Shown one piece after another: positions 1-9,949 of a stretch of DNA of 64,000 nucleotides. The notes under the pieces were generated by a model. The model did not search any database. It saw only the letters and a program-made list of their open reading frames with translations, and was not told the origin of the DNA. Made by a program: the position numbers and the translations under genes. How positions within the stretch are numbered: the stretch's first letter is position 1; each line of letters starts with the position of its first letter. This DNA comes from a virus. The DNA lies in IMG/VR virus record IMGVR_UViG_3300041964_000068, positions 14,515 through 78,514 of that record; one strand, written 5' to 3'.

Positions 1-226
1 TGATATCAGCTTTCTCGGAAGTCGCGAGGTTAGCCTTCTGACTTTTTGTCAGCGATCCACCGCGCTTGGAACGAGCGGGAGCGTTTTGAGCCTTGAAATG
101 CTCGACCAACAGATCGATCGTGTCTTTCGTGATTTCGCTGAGGTCAACGCCTGCACTTCTGATTTCTTGTTCGTTGGCTGTGACGTCCTGCTCTCGCAGG
201 TGGTCTTGAATTTGCTTGATGTTCAT
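1..226 (-). CDS. Hypothetical protein, runs off the window edge (MNIKQIQDHLREQ...)
   Basis: Open frame from ATG at 226 to position 1; ATGA overlap with the stop of the upstream ORF. Confidence 0.65.
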   Translation of the reverse strand, partial: MNIKQIQDHLREQDVTANEQEIRSAGVDLSEITKDTIDLLVEHFKAQNAPARSKRGGSLTKSQKANLATSEKADI

Positions 227-759
227 GCGGATTGCACCTGTCTGAATAGATTGCGACTTTTGGCGCGGGCGCGACCATTCTCAATCTGTCGTGCCCTGAT
301 TTGAAGGTAGTGCCGCAGCAGGGCTGTAACCTCGCTGCCAACGAACCGATCGCTACGGCTGTAACGTCCGGCTCCAAGCTGCTTCTGCACCCACGCCTTC
401 ACTGTGTTTTCTGCGGGGCGATACCCCGTTCGGCTTTCGATTACATGGGGTAACTCCTTCCCGGTACAGGAGAACGATTCGGGCAGGGTAGCTGAGGACA
501 TTGGGACAAAACCGGGGAGGAACTTCAGCGGATCGTTTCCGTGTCGCCGCAAAAAGACCTTGACAGCGAGCGGGGTTGCTTTTTGGCGCTTTCGTCGCAA
601 CGCGGCACAAGCGCAGAGTGCAATCCACTGATCCTGATCGCAGTTGTGAGCATAACGATCGATGCCGACCGCTATCCGCCACTGCTTCCAGGTTTCGTTG
701 CAGATCGTCCCGCCGGGAACAATCGCCTTCAAGTCCTCCCTGATTTCTCGCAGTTTCAT
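223..759 (-). CDS. Basic hypothetical protein, possible tandem HTH-like DNA-binding protein
   Basis: ORF 223..837, likely ATG at 759. Two similar segments (ICNETWKQWR; PAENTVKAWV). Divergent from 1037..1444. Confidence 0.55.
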   Translation of the reverse strand: MKLREIREDLKAIVPGGTICNETWKQWRIAVGIDRYAHNCDQDQWIALCACAALRRKRQKATPLAVKVFLRRHGNDPLKFLPGFVPMSSATLPESFSCTGKELPHVIESRTGYRPAENTVKAWVQKQLGAGRYSRSDRFVGSEVTALLRHYLQIRARQIENGRARAKSRNLFRQVQSA

Positions 760-838
760 CAGCCCCACCCTTAAACCAACTTCAATGTAACTTACATCTA
801 AATTAGTTCTACCACGCAAAACAGCAGATCGCAACAAA

Positions 839-955
839 CTGCGAAAATGTTCTAGTCGAAAATACGAAAAACGTTGCAGTCTCTAGAACACAGGCTCGCA
901 ACTTCTAGAAAAGCTGCGAAAAAATGTTCTAGGCGAAAAGCTAGAACACTGCGAA
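839..955. promoter_or_regulatory. Operator-like array of TGTTCTAG/CTAGAACA half-sites between divergent genes
   Basis: TGTTCTAG at 848 and 925, CTAGAACA at 883 and 941 (925-948 is an inverted repeat with an 8-bp spacer). Longer direct repeat CTGCGAAAA(AA)TGTTCTAGNCGAAAA occurs twice. Confidence 0.6.
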
Positions 956-1036
956 CTGTGGGGATTTCGGGCATTTAGAGGATTGAAAAGCAGTTTTTTG
1001 CGGTAAAAATGGTAAGAACACATTGTTTTTAAGGGC

Positions 1037-1444
1037 ATGGCGAAACAAATGCTTTTCTCTCCCTCTCCGGGAGAACGGCGACTTATCTCCCTGCTGGCGA
1101 AAGGCTGGCAGCGATCGGAGGCGGACATCTGCCTTGACGCCTTTCGCCGGGGATTTAAGCCAGTCGCAGAAGATTTCGAGCTTTTCTGCAAGCTCGATCA
1201 GGTTTCGCCTGCCCTGTATGATTCGCTTGCCCAGGCTATTGCCCTGAACTGGGACGCCTTGACAGGGAGCCGCATTTCGCCGGAAAGATTAATCGCGCTC
1301 AAATCAGGCGAAACCCCAACAGAGCTAGAGCAGGTAAGGCTGGCACTCGCCCTGAACTTACCCGAAAGCGCGATCGAAAAGTTAGTCGCACCCGAAACCC
1401 ATGACACTACCCTTGCTACAACTCCCTCAGCTACTTCCGAGTAA
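1037..1444 (+). CDS. Putative transcriptional regulator (RHH-like N-terminus, XRE-HTH-like C-terminus)
   Basis: C-terminal SRISPERLIALKSGETPTELEQVRLALALNL resembles an XRE HTH; located next to the operator array. Confidence 0.5.
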   Translation: MAKQMLFSPSPGERRLISLLAKGWQRSEADICLDAFRRGFKPVAEDFELFCKLDQVSPALYDSLAQAIALNWDALTGSRISPERLIALKSGETPTELEQVRLALALNLPESAIEKLVAPETHDTTLATTPSATSE

Positions 1445-2126
1445 GTGGCGAGCGGTTCCACAGGCCAACGCCATTCGCTTGATTTCTCCCAGCCGCGACG
1501 AAGCCGTGCGCTTTTACGAAGGCTCGAAGAATCAGCTAAAAGCTGCCGCCGATCGCATTCCCGCCAATATTGAAATTTGGGCAGATACCAGCAATCGCGC
1601 GATTCGGGTGATCCGTGCCTCGCAATCACCGCCGTCACAGCCGGAAGAGTCCGCGCCCGCTCAGCCTGTCGTCAACAGCTACGCACCGAGCGTCATTCGC
1701 CCGGATGCAGGCTATGAAGCGGTGATGGATTTTATCGCCGGGAAAAGACAGGAAGGGCTAATCTGCACGGTCACGAGCATGAACACTGACAGGTGCTTGC
1801 AGGTGAATGACCTTCAGGTGATCGAACGGGGCGGCGGCTGGACGGTTGAGGATTGGGTTGGCTTGAATTTTCTGCACTTGTGGCGGGATTCGTTTAAGCC
1901 GGGGAACCGCAACTACTACGGCGAGCTAATCCAAACGCTGCTCAGACGTGAACCCTTCGACTTCCTCTACCGCATCCGGCGACCGAGCGGAGCGATGGGG
2001 GAGTATCTGAGCCGTTATTTTTTGGTGGAGAGGTTCGGCGGCGTTCCGGTTCGTATCGCTGTTTCCAGCCCCGCTGACGTGCGAATCGTGGAAGACGCAC
2101 CCAACGGTAGCGAGGTTGTCACATAA
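1401..2126 (+). CDS. Protein with C-terminal PAS-like domain
   Basis: CTVTSMNTDRCLQVND...GWTVEDWVGLNFLHLW...FLYRIRRPSG follows the PAS pattern (G-x-T-x-E-x-x-G; R-R-x-x-G). Confidence 0.55.
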   Translation: MTLPLLQLPQLLPSKWRAVPQANAIRLISPSRDEAVRFYEGSKNQLKAAADRIPANIEIWADTSNRAIRVIRASQSPPSQPEESAPAQPVVNSYAPSVIRPDAGYEAVMDFIAGKRQEGLICTVTSMNTDRCLQVNDLQVIERGGGWTVEDWVGLNFLHLWRDSFKPGNRNYYGELIQTLLRREPFDFLYRIRRPSGAMGEYLSRYFLVERFGGVPVRIAVSSPADVRIVEDAPNGSEVVT

Positions 2127-2173
2127 AAAAGCGCCCCTTGATTGGGACGCTTGCTGTAGGGATCCAAGATAAC

Positions 2174-2434
2174 TTAAGTCGCTTCACCTCGCAGGGCGGC
2201 GGCAAAATACCCCATCAATGCGTAATCCTCAACGGTGTCATAGTCATCTTCTGGGTCGAACTCTTCGGGGTCGCCGTTGTATTCGTGATATCTCCGCATC
2301 AAGTCACGGCGCTCTTGCGGGTCAGGTAGTAGCTCAGCCAGATCGAAATCATTGCAGTTGCAATTGGCGACTCTATCAAAGGCCAGGTCAAGAAGACTGG
2401 CGATTACCTTTGCTTGCTGCTCGTTAAGTTGCAT
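2174..2434 (-). CDS. Hypothetical acidic protein
   Basis: ORF with ATG at 2434 in the leftward early cluster. Confidence 0.6.
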   Translation of the reverse strand: MQLNEQQAKVIASLLDLAFDRVANCNCNDFDLAELLPDPQERRDLMRRYHEYNGDPEEFDPEDDYDTVEDYALMGYFAAALRGEAT

Positions 2435-2477
2435 GGTAGTTCTCAGTAGAAAAAAACAATTTCTTGATATTTGGTGT

Positions 2478-2831
2478 TTACCCAAGCTTTGCGTTGCTAT
2501 ATTTACTCAGAATTTCAGCGTGTTCAGAATTAGTAGGCTCTACGTGAATCTCTACGTCAAACCGCTCTAGATCGCTGGTACTCCAAGCTCTACCCGTCAC
2601 AACCCAAAGAGTTTCAATGTACTCAGAGCCGTCGAAGATATAAATAGACACCATATCCCCTACGCTAGGTAGCCCCGCCAACTGAACTACACCCTCTCGT
2701 CCGCTTTGGTCTACATCTGCGCTACTAACACCCGGAGCCTTGAACCAAAAGATAGTTTTCACTTGTTTCCCGTTTTTAACTTGATTCTTACTTGACACTT
2801 TCAGCTCAAGAAACTTACGCGAAAGTGTCAA
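2478..2831 (-). CDS. Hypothetical protein (true start probably downstream of the promoter at 2803-2831)
   Basis: ORF in the leftward early cluster. Confidence 0.5.
   Translation of the reverse strand: MTLSRKFLELKVSSKNQVKNGKQVKTIFWFKAPGVSSADVDQSGREGVVQLAGLPSVGDMVSIYIFDGSEYIETLWVVTGRAWSTSDLERFDVEIHVEPTNSEHAEILSKYSNAKLG
2803..2831 (-). promoter_or_regulatory. Phage promoter motif TTGACRCTT-N4-GTAAG, copy 1
   Basis: Reverse strand TTGACACTTTCGCGTAAG; lies within the inverted repeat CTTGACACTTTC...GAAAGTGTCAAG (2791-2832). Confidence 0.6.
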
Positions 2832-2848
2832 GTAATTTCAGCGAGACT

Positions 2849-3079
2849 CTACAGCTTATCCTCAGCCTCAGCCGCATTGATTAGCTGAAGCTGCTTTTCT
2901 GCTTCTCGGTCAATGTAGGTTATCTCTTCAAGCCAAACTTCAGCCATCATCGCATCGCCGTCTTCAACGGCTTGATTATGCCGTTCAACGGCTTCATCTC
3001 GTTCCTGCTGAAACTCCTCCATTTCTCGAAAAACATTGGTGTACTCGTATCTCCGATCGGCAACAGCTTGTAGTGCCAT
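2849..3079 (-). CDS. Hypothetical coiled-coil protein
   Basis: ORF with GGGGGAG RBS upstream. Confidence 0.65.
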   Translation of the reverse strand: MALQAVADRRYEYTNVFREMEEFQQERDEAVERHNQAVEDGDAMMAEVWLEEITYIDREAEKQLQLINAAEAEDKL

Positions 3080-3133
3080 AACTCCCCCTAGAACTTACCT
3101 GAAAGTACAATCAGCACCATCTTCGCTCTGAGG

Positions 3134-3427
3134 TTACGCGTCCCCCGTCCCCTGAGTGCTGGTAGGCGGCGGCGTCTGCGGCGGGTAGTAGGGCTTTGTC
3201 GCCTCCCGCTGCTCCGGGTCTGACGTAATAATGCACTCCGGCGCTCCGGTCGGTCGTGGGGTGGGACATCTCCGCAGGCCACGACCGCTGGCACGGTGAG
3301 GCGGCTTGGTGGTCGAGGTGACAACCGGATCGCTCGTTCCCTGCGTTTGTGCTATCGCCGCGAGGTCAGGCGCACTCATGAGCAGCGGAAAGCAAACTAG
3401 ACCAGCGATGCCGAGGCGGGTTAGCAT
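3134..3427 (-). CDS. Small secreted protein with PatX/PatS-like motif (PPHRASGR)
   Basis: N-terminal signal peptide (MLTRLGIAGLVCFPLLMS...AIA|Q), AGGAG RBS. HRASGR differs by one residue from the HRGSGR of PatX. Confidence 0.6.
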   Translation of the reverse strand: MLTRLGIAGLVCFPLLMSAPDLAAIAQTQGTSDPVVTSTTKPPHRASGRGLRRCPTPRPTGAPECIITSDPEQREATKPYYPPQTPPPTSTQGTGDA

Positions 3428-3529
3428 GAAGATTCTCCTATGGGTTATGGGGAAAGACGGGTGCTGTTTGCAATGGAAGGCGGCAGCACTCGTTTTAATG
3501 TTGCAAAGGCGATCAGGAAATAACTTGCT

Positions 3530-3790
3530 TTACCAGGCGTCTTCCTCCTTGCCTGTTATGACCTCGCCAATATGCAAACCTTCTGCGCGATCGATTTGGT
3601 AGTTGTGTTCACCATACTGATGAGCGATCGTCACCCTTTTATTAGCGGCCTTAGACGTGAAATCTTCGCCGTCTGAGTTTGCGCTGTCATCACCCAGAAT
3701 CACAACAGGTTCGCCATTGTTGACGGCGCTATTAAGCGCTTCGCTGTCAGCGTCAGACATTCCGCCGATGTTAATGCTGTACTTGGTCAT
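3530..3790 (-). CDS. Small acidic protein with short beta-repeat-like motifs
   Basis: AGGAG RBS; motifs KYSINIG and NYQIDRAEGLHIGE. Confidence 0.6.
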   Translation of the reverse strand: MTKYSINIGGMSDADSEALNSAVNNGEPVVILGDDSANSDGEDFTSKAANKRVTIAHQYGEHNYQIDRAEGLHIGEVITGKEEDAW

Positions 3791-3888
3791 GATTTCTCCT
3801 TTGATGAAAGTTTGCGTCCCCCGACCTGGCGCTGTGGGGTATGGCGCGGGATTGCTTTAAGCGTCTTCGCCATAGCGAGCGATGATTG

Positions 3889-4119
3889 CTAGTTGGGCAA
3901 AAAAAGAGGGTTTTGCGCGAGTACAGCAGCATCAAAGACGACTGTTTTCTGCTGTTCAATCTTGACAAGTTGACTCTTAAGAGCCTCAACAACCAATCGA
4001 TCTGAAGGTTCTATCTCGTCAAGAAGGGCTGCAATTTTTTGCGCTTTCGACTCAAGCGCTCTTGTCATTTGATCTGCTGTGATAGAACCTAGCGTTTCAA
4101 GATTGTAGTTGTAAGACAT
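3889..4119 (-). CDS. Hypothetical protein
   Basis: ORF in the tightly packed leftward cluster. Confidence 0.6.
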   Translation of the reverse strand: MSYNYNLETLGSITADQMTRALESKAQKIAALLDEIEPSDRLVVEALKSQLVKIEQQKTVVFDAAVLAQNPLFLPN

Positions 4120-4139
4120 TTGAAATATTCAAAATAGAT

Positions 4140-4364
4140 CTATCGCTTATTGTCTAGTGGAAGTTTCTTAGAGTAGATTCCTTCGTCTTCAAGAATTTCC
4201 TTGAGATCTTGAAGACCAATTTCAAGCTCAAATCCTTTACTTGGCACGTCGATCTTTAGTGCAGATTTTTCACCTTTTATGACAGTAACGATCCCTTCAC
4301 AAGCGCCAAAGTTTGAGTCAGTACGAACGAAAAGATCTTGAACTACAAACTGTTTCTTCGCCAT
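4140..4364 (-). CDS. Hypothetical protein (MAKKQFVVQ...)
   Basis: ATG at 4364 with AGGAG RBS. Confidence 0.6.
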   Translation of the reverse strand: MAKKQFVVQDLFVRTDSNFGACEGIVTVIKGEKSALKIDVPSKGFELEIGLQDLKEILEDEGIYSKKLPLDNKR

Positions 4365-4369
4365 GAATT

Positions 4370-4956
4370 TTACTCCTGCAACATATCTAGAGGTTTGGCT
4401 GCTCGCAATTTGTTGAAAGCGTCCATCAGGCAGACGAGCAGGTTTTCGGTACGCACATTCGTAGCGTCGAAACGAAAACCGAAAGCCCTGACATGCCAGC
4501 ACTGATCTTGAAAGTGAATCCGCACTGGATAGCCGTTTACCTGGAATTTCACCAGAAGGTTGTTGTCGGAATTCTTTTCAAACTCCATCATTAATCCGGT
4601 ACGCAGATTTGCAGGAATGGCTTCATCAAACGTCTTTCGCTGCATAGCGAGATAAACTTCTACCATCGCTGCTTTGCGCTGATCTTCCTCTCTGACGTAT
4701 GTGTTGCTCGCCAGATCGAAATCACCTTCTTGTCCCGGAGGCACATCAGCTAACGAATTCAGCCGTCCGTCTTGACTGATCAGCCGCGCCTTACCTGAGC
4801 GCAACAAGTCTTCGATGATTTTGTTGGAGATTCCCTCTTGAATGGCGGTGAGCTAGCGCCGCCGCCACAGATGATATTGAGGTAGGACTCTAAATCATCT
4901 GCATCTGTCACCACACCCAGGCAGGCGTCAACAAATTTGCGATAGGGGTTAGTCAT
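4370..4956 (-). CDS. Hypothetical protein, apparent frameshift near 4800-4860
   Basis: Overlapping ORFs 4780..5079 and 4370..4807; ATG at 4956. Confidence 0.5.
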
Positions 4957-5149
4957 CGTTTTCTTCCTCGTCCAGTTTTCTGCTGTCGTTAATACCGTGA
5001 CGAACCCCGCACTTAAACGACTTTCGGTAGTCGGCTCTCTGGCTTTCGGGTAAGTCGGACTCTCGAAAAACTCGCTCACCGTGGCCTGTTGAAAGTCCGT
5101 GCTGATACCCCAACAATTCAGGCCGATCGGTGATAATTCGCTTTGTCAC
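4949..5149 (-). CDS. Hypothetical protein
   Basis: GTG start with AGGAG RBS; overlaps the next gene. Confidence 0.55.
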   Translation of the reverse strand: MTKRIITDRPELLGYQHGLSTGHGERVFRESDLPESQRADYRKSFKCGVRHGINDSRKLDEEENDD

Positions 5150-5207
5150 ACCCCTACTCCTTTCAAGTAAGTGAATCAGGGGCGATATTCTCGCCCCAAC
5201 CGCATAC

Positions 5208-6259
5208 CTACACCTGCCGCTCTAGCTGCTTGGCGGACGCTTCGAGCGCTTCCAGCATCACACCCTCGTCTTGCGCGAGTAGCTTGATCACAGCCCGGAG
5301 AGTGTCACCGCTCGCACCGTCAAGCAGCCGCTTCACCTGGGCGGGCAGCACTTTTTCATCCTTGAGCGAAGCGGCAAGCGCCGACTCGATCGTTTCTTGC
5401 GCCTTCTCCCTCCGCTCTTTCAATTGGGCGCTCACTTCGGGGTTGGCCTGAGCTTGCTCTGTAATTCCTTATGCTTAAGCTGCTTGGCGAGAGTGCTTGT
5501 CGCTTTTTGTCCGCTCGCCTTAGCCGTATTTGCCAGAGTGATGACGCGGGTCAGTCGCTTTTTGGAAGCCTTTACAGGGTTGGAGTTTTTCCCGCTGCTC
5601 CTCTTTGATGATCTCGATCGCCACACCCGCAGCAACCTCGCCGTTCTTGACGATTTCTTGCGCTTCGGGCAGCAGGTTCGGCAGGTTGAGGAGTTCCCCG
5701 ATCGCCTCAGCGCTGATGCCGAGGATTCCCGGCAAATCCTCTTTCCGTGCCCCCAAACTCAGCATCCGCTGAACATTCAGCGCCTTCTCCATTTTGCTGT
5801 AGTCTTTGCGGCCTGAGTTCTCAACCCATGGCGAAACACAAAATCGAGCGGGTTGCCGCCTTTTTCCAAGTCTGTCGGCGCTTCGAGGATATTCGCGCCG
5901 AATACCTTGATCGCGATGTTGGCGGCGGTTGTACGGCGGTTGCCCGCTGTCACTGTGAACGTCTCAGCTTCGCCGTCCCAGTAGCCTCGTAGCGGCTCCT
6001 GAATGCCAAAGCGAGTTACTGAGTTCACAAGCCAGCGCATTGATTTGTCATCGTCGGGGCTAGCCTGATCTAAAATCCGCTCAATCTCAAGCTTGTCTTC
6101 TTCTGTCAGTTCGTAGCCGGGATCGCAAACGCGCTGCGCCCACTCTAGCGGGAAGTCCCCGAAGTCTTTACGATCGTTTTCTGGGTTGAGACGGAGTAGT
6201 GAAATTGCTGCCCAACCACCAGAACGCTTACGGGTAAGAGAGTGTGCTTCAAATTTCAT
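5208..6259 (-). CDS. ParB/Srx-like protein with HTH, split by several frameshifts
   Basis: GIQEPLRGY...VTAGNRRTTAA is a ParB N-terminal motif; continues in ORFs 5520..5792, 5432..5635 and 5208..5435. Confidence 0.7.
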
Positions 6260-6300
6260 CTTCTTGCTCCTGCTAACTTGTTTTATCCCCTACGCTTTTA

Positions 6301-6329
6301 AGCTTAGGTGACTTACGAAAAAGTGTCAA
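6301..6329 (-). promoter_or_regulatory. Phage promoter motif copy 2 (TTGACA-17-TAAGCT)
   Basis: Reverse strand TTGACACTTTTTCGTAAGTCACCTAAGCT upstream of the ParB-like gene. Confidence 0.65.
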
Positions 6330-6380
6330 GAGTATTTCAAAAAATCTTCTATACTGAGAGGCGCAACAAGAGGAGTAGCT

Positions 6381-6578
6381 ATGGATATCAACGAAGTAAG
6401 GCAGCGGAAACTCGCTTTGGAGCAATCAATTAAAGCGGCAATTCTTCAGTTTGAGGACGAAACTGGAGGCGCGGTAGATCAGGTCTTCATCTACCGAGAA
6501 AACATCACGAGCTTCCTGAGAACTGGTAATACCGCTTCAACGCTATGCGAAGTCGGAGTAAGCGTAAGGATAGAGTAG
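6381..6578 (+). CDS. Small hypothetical phage protein
   Basis: GAGGAG RBS, clean ORF. Confidence 0.7.
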   Translation: MDINEVRQRKLALEQSIKAAILQFEDETGGAVDQVFIYRENITSFLRTGNTASTLCEVGVSVRIE

Positions 6579-6643
6579 CCCTGTAGCTACACGAATTTCT
6601 GACTTTTCCGTAAGCCGCCCTCAGCTTAAGCGTAAGTTGGGAG

Positions 6644-9600
6644 ATGGCCCAACCTCCTATTCTCGTCCTTACCCCGGCCTGGAGCCTCCAGGAAAAGCAC
6701 AAGACCGAAAACTACGCGACCCCGCTCGGAGATGGCTACGCTCAGCGGGCGATCGGCGGCATGAGTTCGGCCTTGGTTGAATGGGAGGTGAGCCGAACGG
6801 GACTCACCGAGGCGCAAGTAAATGCGCTGTTTGCTGAGCTTGAACTATACACAGGAGTTACAGGCTTCCAATGGCGTCCCGACCCCACGATCGGCTATCA
6901 GGTCTATACCTGCGAGCGGTGGAACAAGACACCGATGGGCGGAATGTATGGCAAATTAGCGCCACGTTTACCGAAGACGTTTCAGGCCAGTGTGTTGCCG
7001 CTCTTGACGAACTCGACACAACTGAGGTGACAGCTGGCTGAGCGCGGCGAATACCTGGATGGCGACCTTCTCGCGCAACACTCAGCCGATGATCGCCAAC
7101 ACGGTAGCAGGCAAGCCCTACTTACTTGTCAATGCCTTTCACGATGTTCTTGGGCGCGGGCGGTTACTTTCCCGCATCCGCAGGGACGACTGAGGGGCAG
7201 TTCTTGATGATCCGCGCCTGTCTCGCGGTCTTCGCCAGACCGGAGTACAGGCTTGGCGGCAACGCGCGATTGACATGGCGGAACCGCTTGAACCTGTACT
7301 CTATCGCGGCGTCACCGTCCCTACAAACACGAATACCGTCTGGTTGCCGCACTGGGTTTTTAACGTCAAGTCCAGCTTTACCGCCAAGGGTAAGGTCAAC
7401 GCTGACCGCTGGCCTATGGATACTTTGACGTGCTAGTGAGCTTTACTAATGGCGTCGGGCAAATCTCTACAGGCTCTCCCAACGATGGGGACAGCTCAGT
7501 GATGTTTTTTCGGTCTACGCCACAGGTGCAAAACTACTCTGGCAAAACGTCTACGCTCCGGTTGTTTTCGGCACGAGCTACGCGATCGAGTACTGGGTTG
7601 CAAACTTCATGCTGGCGGGGCAGAACTACCGCATCTACCCCACGACAGCGGCTAGTAACGGCACACCCCCAATTCCAACGAACGAAGCCGCAGGCACAAT
7701 CAAGCTGACGACAAGCTTTACAGGACAGCTAAAAACTTGCTATGCCGCCTACACCGGGGGGACGATCGGCGTCAATCAGGTTTTCGATCCTACCCAATGT
7801 GGAGAAGCTTGCTAACGGGAGAAATCAACAGCGCTACTGACGTGCATTGGTGGGCGTGGGAAGCTTACGAACTCCTGTACACCTATACCGGGAACGAGAA
7901 GTGGAAGCGAGCGGCTGACACCACGAAGTACAGCACGGTAATTACCTCGGTCGTCGAGAATCCGACGCACTGGTACAAGCAGGAAAACAATCCTGATCCG
8001 TTCGCCTATCCCGGAACGCAAGTTGTTCAAGCGAACAACACGAACGGCTACACCGCCAGCCGTGTAACCAGCGGCACGTTTCTAAATTTCATTCAGCTTG
8101 CCGTCAACGCTGCACCCAACGGGACATTTCCGAGTATCGAGGTGCAGAAATTTCGCGGTGCAGGCCAAGATCGAAGAGAACGTTACCGTGTCGGCGCAGG
8201 CGGGACGATCGATCGCCGGACTCATTGAGGCCGCGCTTTCAACTTCCACAGATCCCTTTGACCTCACCAAAACCTATACGGCAAATTGGGCAATCACCGC
8301 CAACGCCATCAACACCCGAACTTTTCTACCTGGGGAATTTATTCTCTGGAGTACAAGCTATTTGGTTTGGTATCCGACGATTGCGGAAACACCAATTTAC
8401 ACCTACTCAGGCGGTGGGGGTACAGCGTCCGGCATTTTCTACGGACATTCAGACGTGCCCGAAGATGGCCTAAATTATCGACCTGTTATTGCTCAGCTAG
8501 CCCTAAATGCGGGTTCAGGCGGCTTTGCAGTGCGGGCTTAGTCCTAATCGGCAAAGCAATTCGTAGACCTCCCTACCTACACTATCGGTTTAAACGGTAC
8601 GGCGGTTTTGCGGATCACGGACGCTAGCGGATTCAAATGGGATTGCACCCTTGCTCAAACTTCGTCAAACGCCAAACACAGGCGGATGGACGAAGCGACA
8701 ATTTTCAGTGGGGAGACTTCAACTTTTCAAGCACAAACAGCGGCACGATCCCGGTTCACCCGACAATCAAGGAGCAATTACCGCGATCGAAGTTAATGGG
8801 ATTGCAGGACAAGGGCAATGCACTTTCGGGATTTACTGGGCTGCGAAAACGCCAGAAAAGAGCCGGAAAGACTACCGTTTCCTTGCGTTGTTTACAAGGG
8901 AGCGCTTGTCTCTCGCGCTAAAACAAGCCACAACTTTTTTGTAGGGAATTTCCGGCCTGTTGGCAGCACTTCAGACGCCTTACTGTATAATCCCGGCGTC
9001 TGTGCCGTTTACCGTAAACATTGTCAACAACATCGTAGATGCGTGGCGCGGAATTCCCTACGTAGGATATCAAGACCCAATCTGGTATGACTGGGGCTAT
9101 CCCGATCGCGGCGATCAAGTGCTGGAATTTCTCGCGGCCTCACAAGCTGCCTACACCCTTTCGACCGGAGTCGTGGGTGGATTTGCCCCTGCTTTTTAGC
9201 TGGGGATACTGGGATGCTTCCGACTATCTCGCCAACGGCCTCAATCAGTTTGGCTGGGCGGGCGCTGATCCGAACACCAGTTGGGGACAGTATGGCTATC
9301 GACCGCTGGAAGCGACGGCGAAGACTTGGTATAAAAATCCTCGCAACACTAAAGCGCGAGAGATTGTGATGCGGTTTCTGAGCATGATGGATTCGCATTA
9401 CATTCGCAACAACACGAATATGCCGTTCACAGATTTCAAGCCCGCTGCTCCGCCTTTTGTCGGCTATCACGATCCGGCAGCTTCAGCCCTAATCGGGCGG
9501 GCGGCGATCTACGCCAATCTTGCGGGCGGCAGTCCGGCTGTCACCTATCGGGTACTCACCCGCACCTATCGACACCTCAAATCTCAGTACGTCAGTAGCG

Positions 9601-9765
9601 GCACGATGGCGGGAACCTGGAGCGCTGGGCAGCCCACATTCAGCAGCGGCGGAACACCTATCGCGAATGGTTTGGATTCTGGCAGGGGAGATTTTAGAAT
9701 TCTTGGCGCTGCTGCTGTCCAAGCGAAATGAGCTAACTCTGCCGCCCTGTGGAACTTTAATCTAA
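6644..9765 (+). CDS. Tail protein: lambda gpM-like N-terminal domain fused to a ~900 aa GH8-like region; many frameshifts
   Basis: N-terminus LGDGYAQRAIGG...FQWRP...YTCERW is gpM-like. GTTEGQ (7186-7200) and NSATD..WWAWEAY (7827-7870) echo GH8 motifs. Contiguous + strand fragments run to 9765. Confidence 0.6.
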
Positions 9766-9767
9766 GT

Positions 9768-9800
9768 GAAAACGCCAGCCCCGAAGAGACTGGCGTTTTC
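9768..9800. terminator. Bidirectional intrinsic terminator
   Basis: GAAAACGCCAG-ccccgaagaga-CTGGCGTTTTC between convergent tail genes. Confidence 0.75.
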
Positions 9801-9949
9801 TGGATCGACCCGTAGCTGTGCGTTTAGCGGAGGGTATGGTGTCAGGGGTCAGAATTGCACTGACTGATTTTCAGGGTATGAACCTGCTGAGCCGCTGTTG
9901 CTCCATCCCTGCAAGTAATATCAATGCTACATCAAGCAATCAAAAAGTG

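Noticed and set aside
6600-9800. Inverted tail gene as an invertase-controlled shufflon
   Set aside because: No flanking inverted repeats or small invertase seen; the only recombinase is a large integrase.
9800-9945. Possible c-di-GMP riboswitch-like sequence (CGCACAGCTACGGGTC on the - strand)
   Set aside because: Only a short fragment resembles the consensus, the other stem is not evident, and it lies downstream of genes.
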